NCBI GenBank assembly: GCA_964434285.1
Contig: CAYSUJ010000001.1
Location: 304,564-368,563, forward strand
Length of the DNA: 64,000 nt
Direction: 5' to 3'
Source of the DNA: an uncultured Candidatus Saccharibacteria bacterium
GTDB taxonomy: Bacteria; Patescibacteriota; Minisyncoccia; Phycocordibacterales; UBA2100
Shown: positions 63,132-64,000 of the stretch, piece after piece
Position numbering within the stretch: position 1 is the stretch's first letter
Layout: every line of letters starts with the position of its first letter
Position numbers and translations under genes: made by a program
Notes under the pieces: model-generated
The model's database searches: none
What the model saw: the letters and a program-made list of their open reading frames with translations, nothing else
What the model was told of the DNA's origin: nothing

Positions 63132-64000
63132 ATGTATCCCGATGACGAAATCGCGCACCACTTTCGACTCATGGCGCCACAGGTTAGCGCATTACGCCGG
63201 CTTGAAATATATACTATTCGCGATCTTCTCTATCATTTCCCCTCCCGATTCGAGCGCGCAGGGTCATCCGGCACCACTAGCACTCTCGTCCCGGGCGCGA
63301 AGGTGACGCTTATGGGCGAGCTCGGAAAGCTCGAAGCGAAAAAACTCTGGAGGAGCCGTCGCGCGGCAACCGAGGGATGGTTTTCAGACGCGCACGGCAA
63401 GGTGAAGGTAATGTGGTTTAACCAACCCTACATCGCAAAGATGGCGCCCCAGGGCATGTTGGTCAAACTGACGGGCACTGTGGGCGGCTCGACAGATCGC
63501 CCCTACATCTCAAACCCAGAAGTCGTTGCACTCCCCGCAGGTACGGTTGTCGAAGAAGGTCTTTTTGAATCTCCTAGCACCTCACCCCTAGAACCTAGCA
63601 CCTCTCTTTTCCCCATCTACCCCGAAACGCGCGGCATCACCTCCAAGTGGTTTTATCACGCTCTGAAGCGTATCTTCAGCGCCCGCGCGCACGAGCATAT
63701 TCTCGACCCGCTTCCCGAGGATATCCGCACTCGCTATCACTTGCCCGACATCGCAACGTCGCTCATCTACATGCACACACCGGAGGATGAGAAGCACACC
63801 GTCGCGGCACGCAAGCGTTTCGCGTTTGAAGAGATATTCTCGATCCATGTAGCGCGCGCGCGCGAACGCGCTGAAAACACATTACAACCATCATTCCGCC
63901 TCGAAGAGGCGCGCGCGCTCGCAGAACGCTTTCTCGATGCCGCACCGTTTACACCAACTGGCGCGCAGCGTCGAGCAGTACGCGAGATCACACTCGACAT
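63132..64000 (+). CDS. recG: ATP-dependent DNA helicase RecG, N-terminal part; runs off the window end
   Basis: RLEIYTIRDLLYHFPSRFE wedge-domain signature and FTPTGAQRRAVREI before the helicase core. Not in the ORF track because no stop lies inside the window. Confidence 0.7.
   Translation, partial: MYPDDEIAHHFRLMAPQVSALRRLEIYTIRDLLYHFPSRFERAGSSGTTSTLVPGAKVTLMGELGKLEAKKLWRSRRAATEGWFSDAHGKVKVMWFNQPYIAKMAPQGMLVKLTGTVGGSTDRPYISNPEVVALPAGTVVEEGLFESPSTSPLEPSTSLFPIYPETRGITSKWFYHALKRIFSARAHEHILDPLPEDIRTRYHLPDIATSLIYMHTPEDEKHTVAARKRFAFEEIFSIHVARARERAENTLQPSFRLEEARALAERFLDAAPFTPTGAQRRAVREITLD

Noticed and set aside
1-64000. CRISPR arrays, rRNA genes, tmRNA, RNase P and SRP RNA
   Set aside because: No regularly spaced direct repeats. 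No rRNA-like conserved blocks. None of the RNase P, SRP or tmRNA consensus strings I recall was found by eye.

Overview
This 64-kb window reads as a compact bacterial chromosome segment with housekeeping genes on both strands. By eye, GC is roughly mid-to-high 50s percent in the core genes, with several visibly AT-richer patches.

Recognisable core genes:
- rpoD-dnaG macromolecular-synthesis pair
- rpoB-rpoC
- rpsP-KH-trmD
- an smc-like gene, rnc, a nusB-Nudix fusion, rpmF, rnhB, dnaE, thrS, gyrB, pheST
- a GT2 glycosyltransferase, tsf-rpsB, prfA, rpmE
- a type IV pilus pilM/N/O/B cluster
- PCD, comFC, a serB-like HAD gene and a 5' recG fragment

Many proteins are at the minimal end of their family length. 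Examples are a hinge-less 736-aa SMC, a 414-aa ThrRS without editing domains, a 269-aa PheS and a 193-aa EF-Ts. This is typical of reduced genomes such as Patescibacteria/CPR; that placement is inference only.

Two tRNAs are present: tRNA-Thr(UGU) and tRNA-Ser(GCU).

Accessory and unusual content:
1. A lower-GC insertion between rnc and smc carrying two translationally coupled giant hypothetical proteins (666 aa and 1196 aa).
2. A Y1/HUH (IS200/RAYT-like) transposase gene precisely flanked by identical 28-31-bp perfect palindromes between rnhB and dnaE.
3. Two copies of a about 105-nt nested-hairpin element. Both stems are completely resequenced between copies while the unpaired joining regions are identical, a covariation pattern suggesting a structured RNA or protein-bound element.
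4. A cell-surface locus (31.7-41.3 kb): sortase, two IPYTG-anchored surface proteins, a CARDB protein, a Tat-dependent L,D-transpeptidase, a trypsin-like protease, and two secreted proteins sharing a novel 4-Cys module.
5. A decayed integration hotspot 3' of tRNA-Ser: a Nudix pseudogene, a Fic-like fragment, and an ORF-free tandem hairpin array.

No rRNA or CRISPR arrays were seen.
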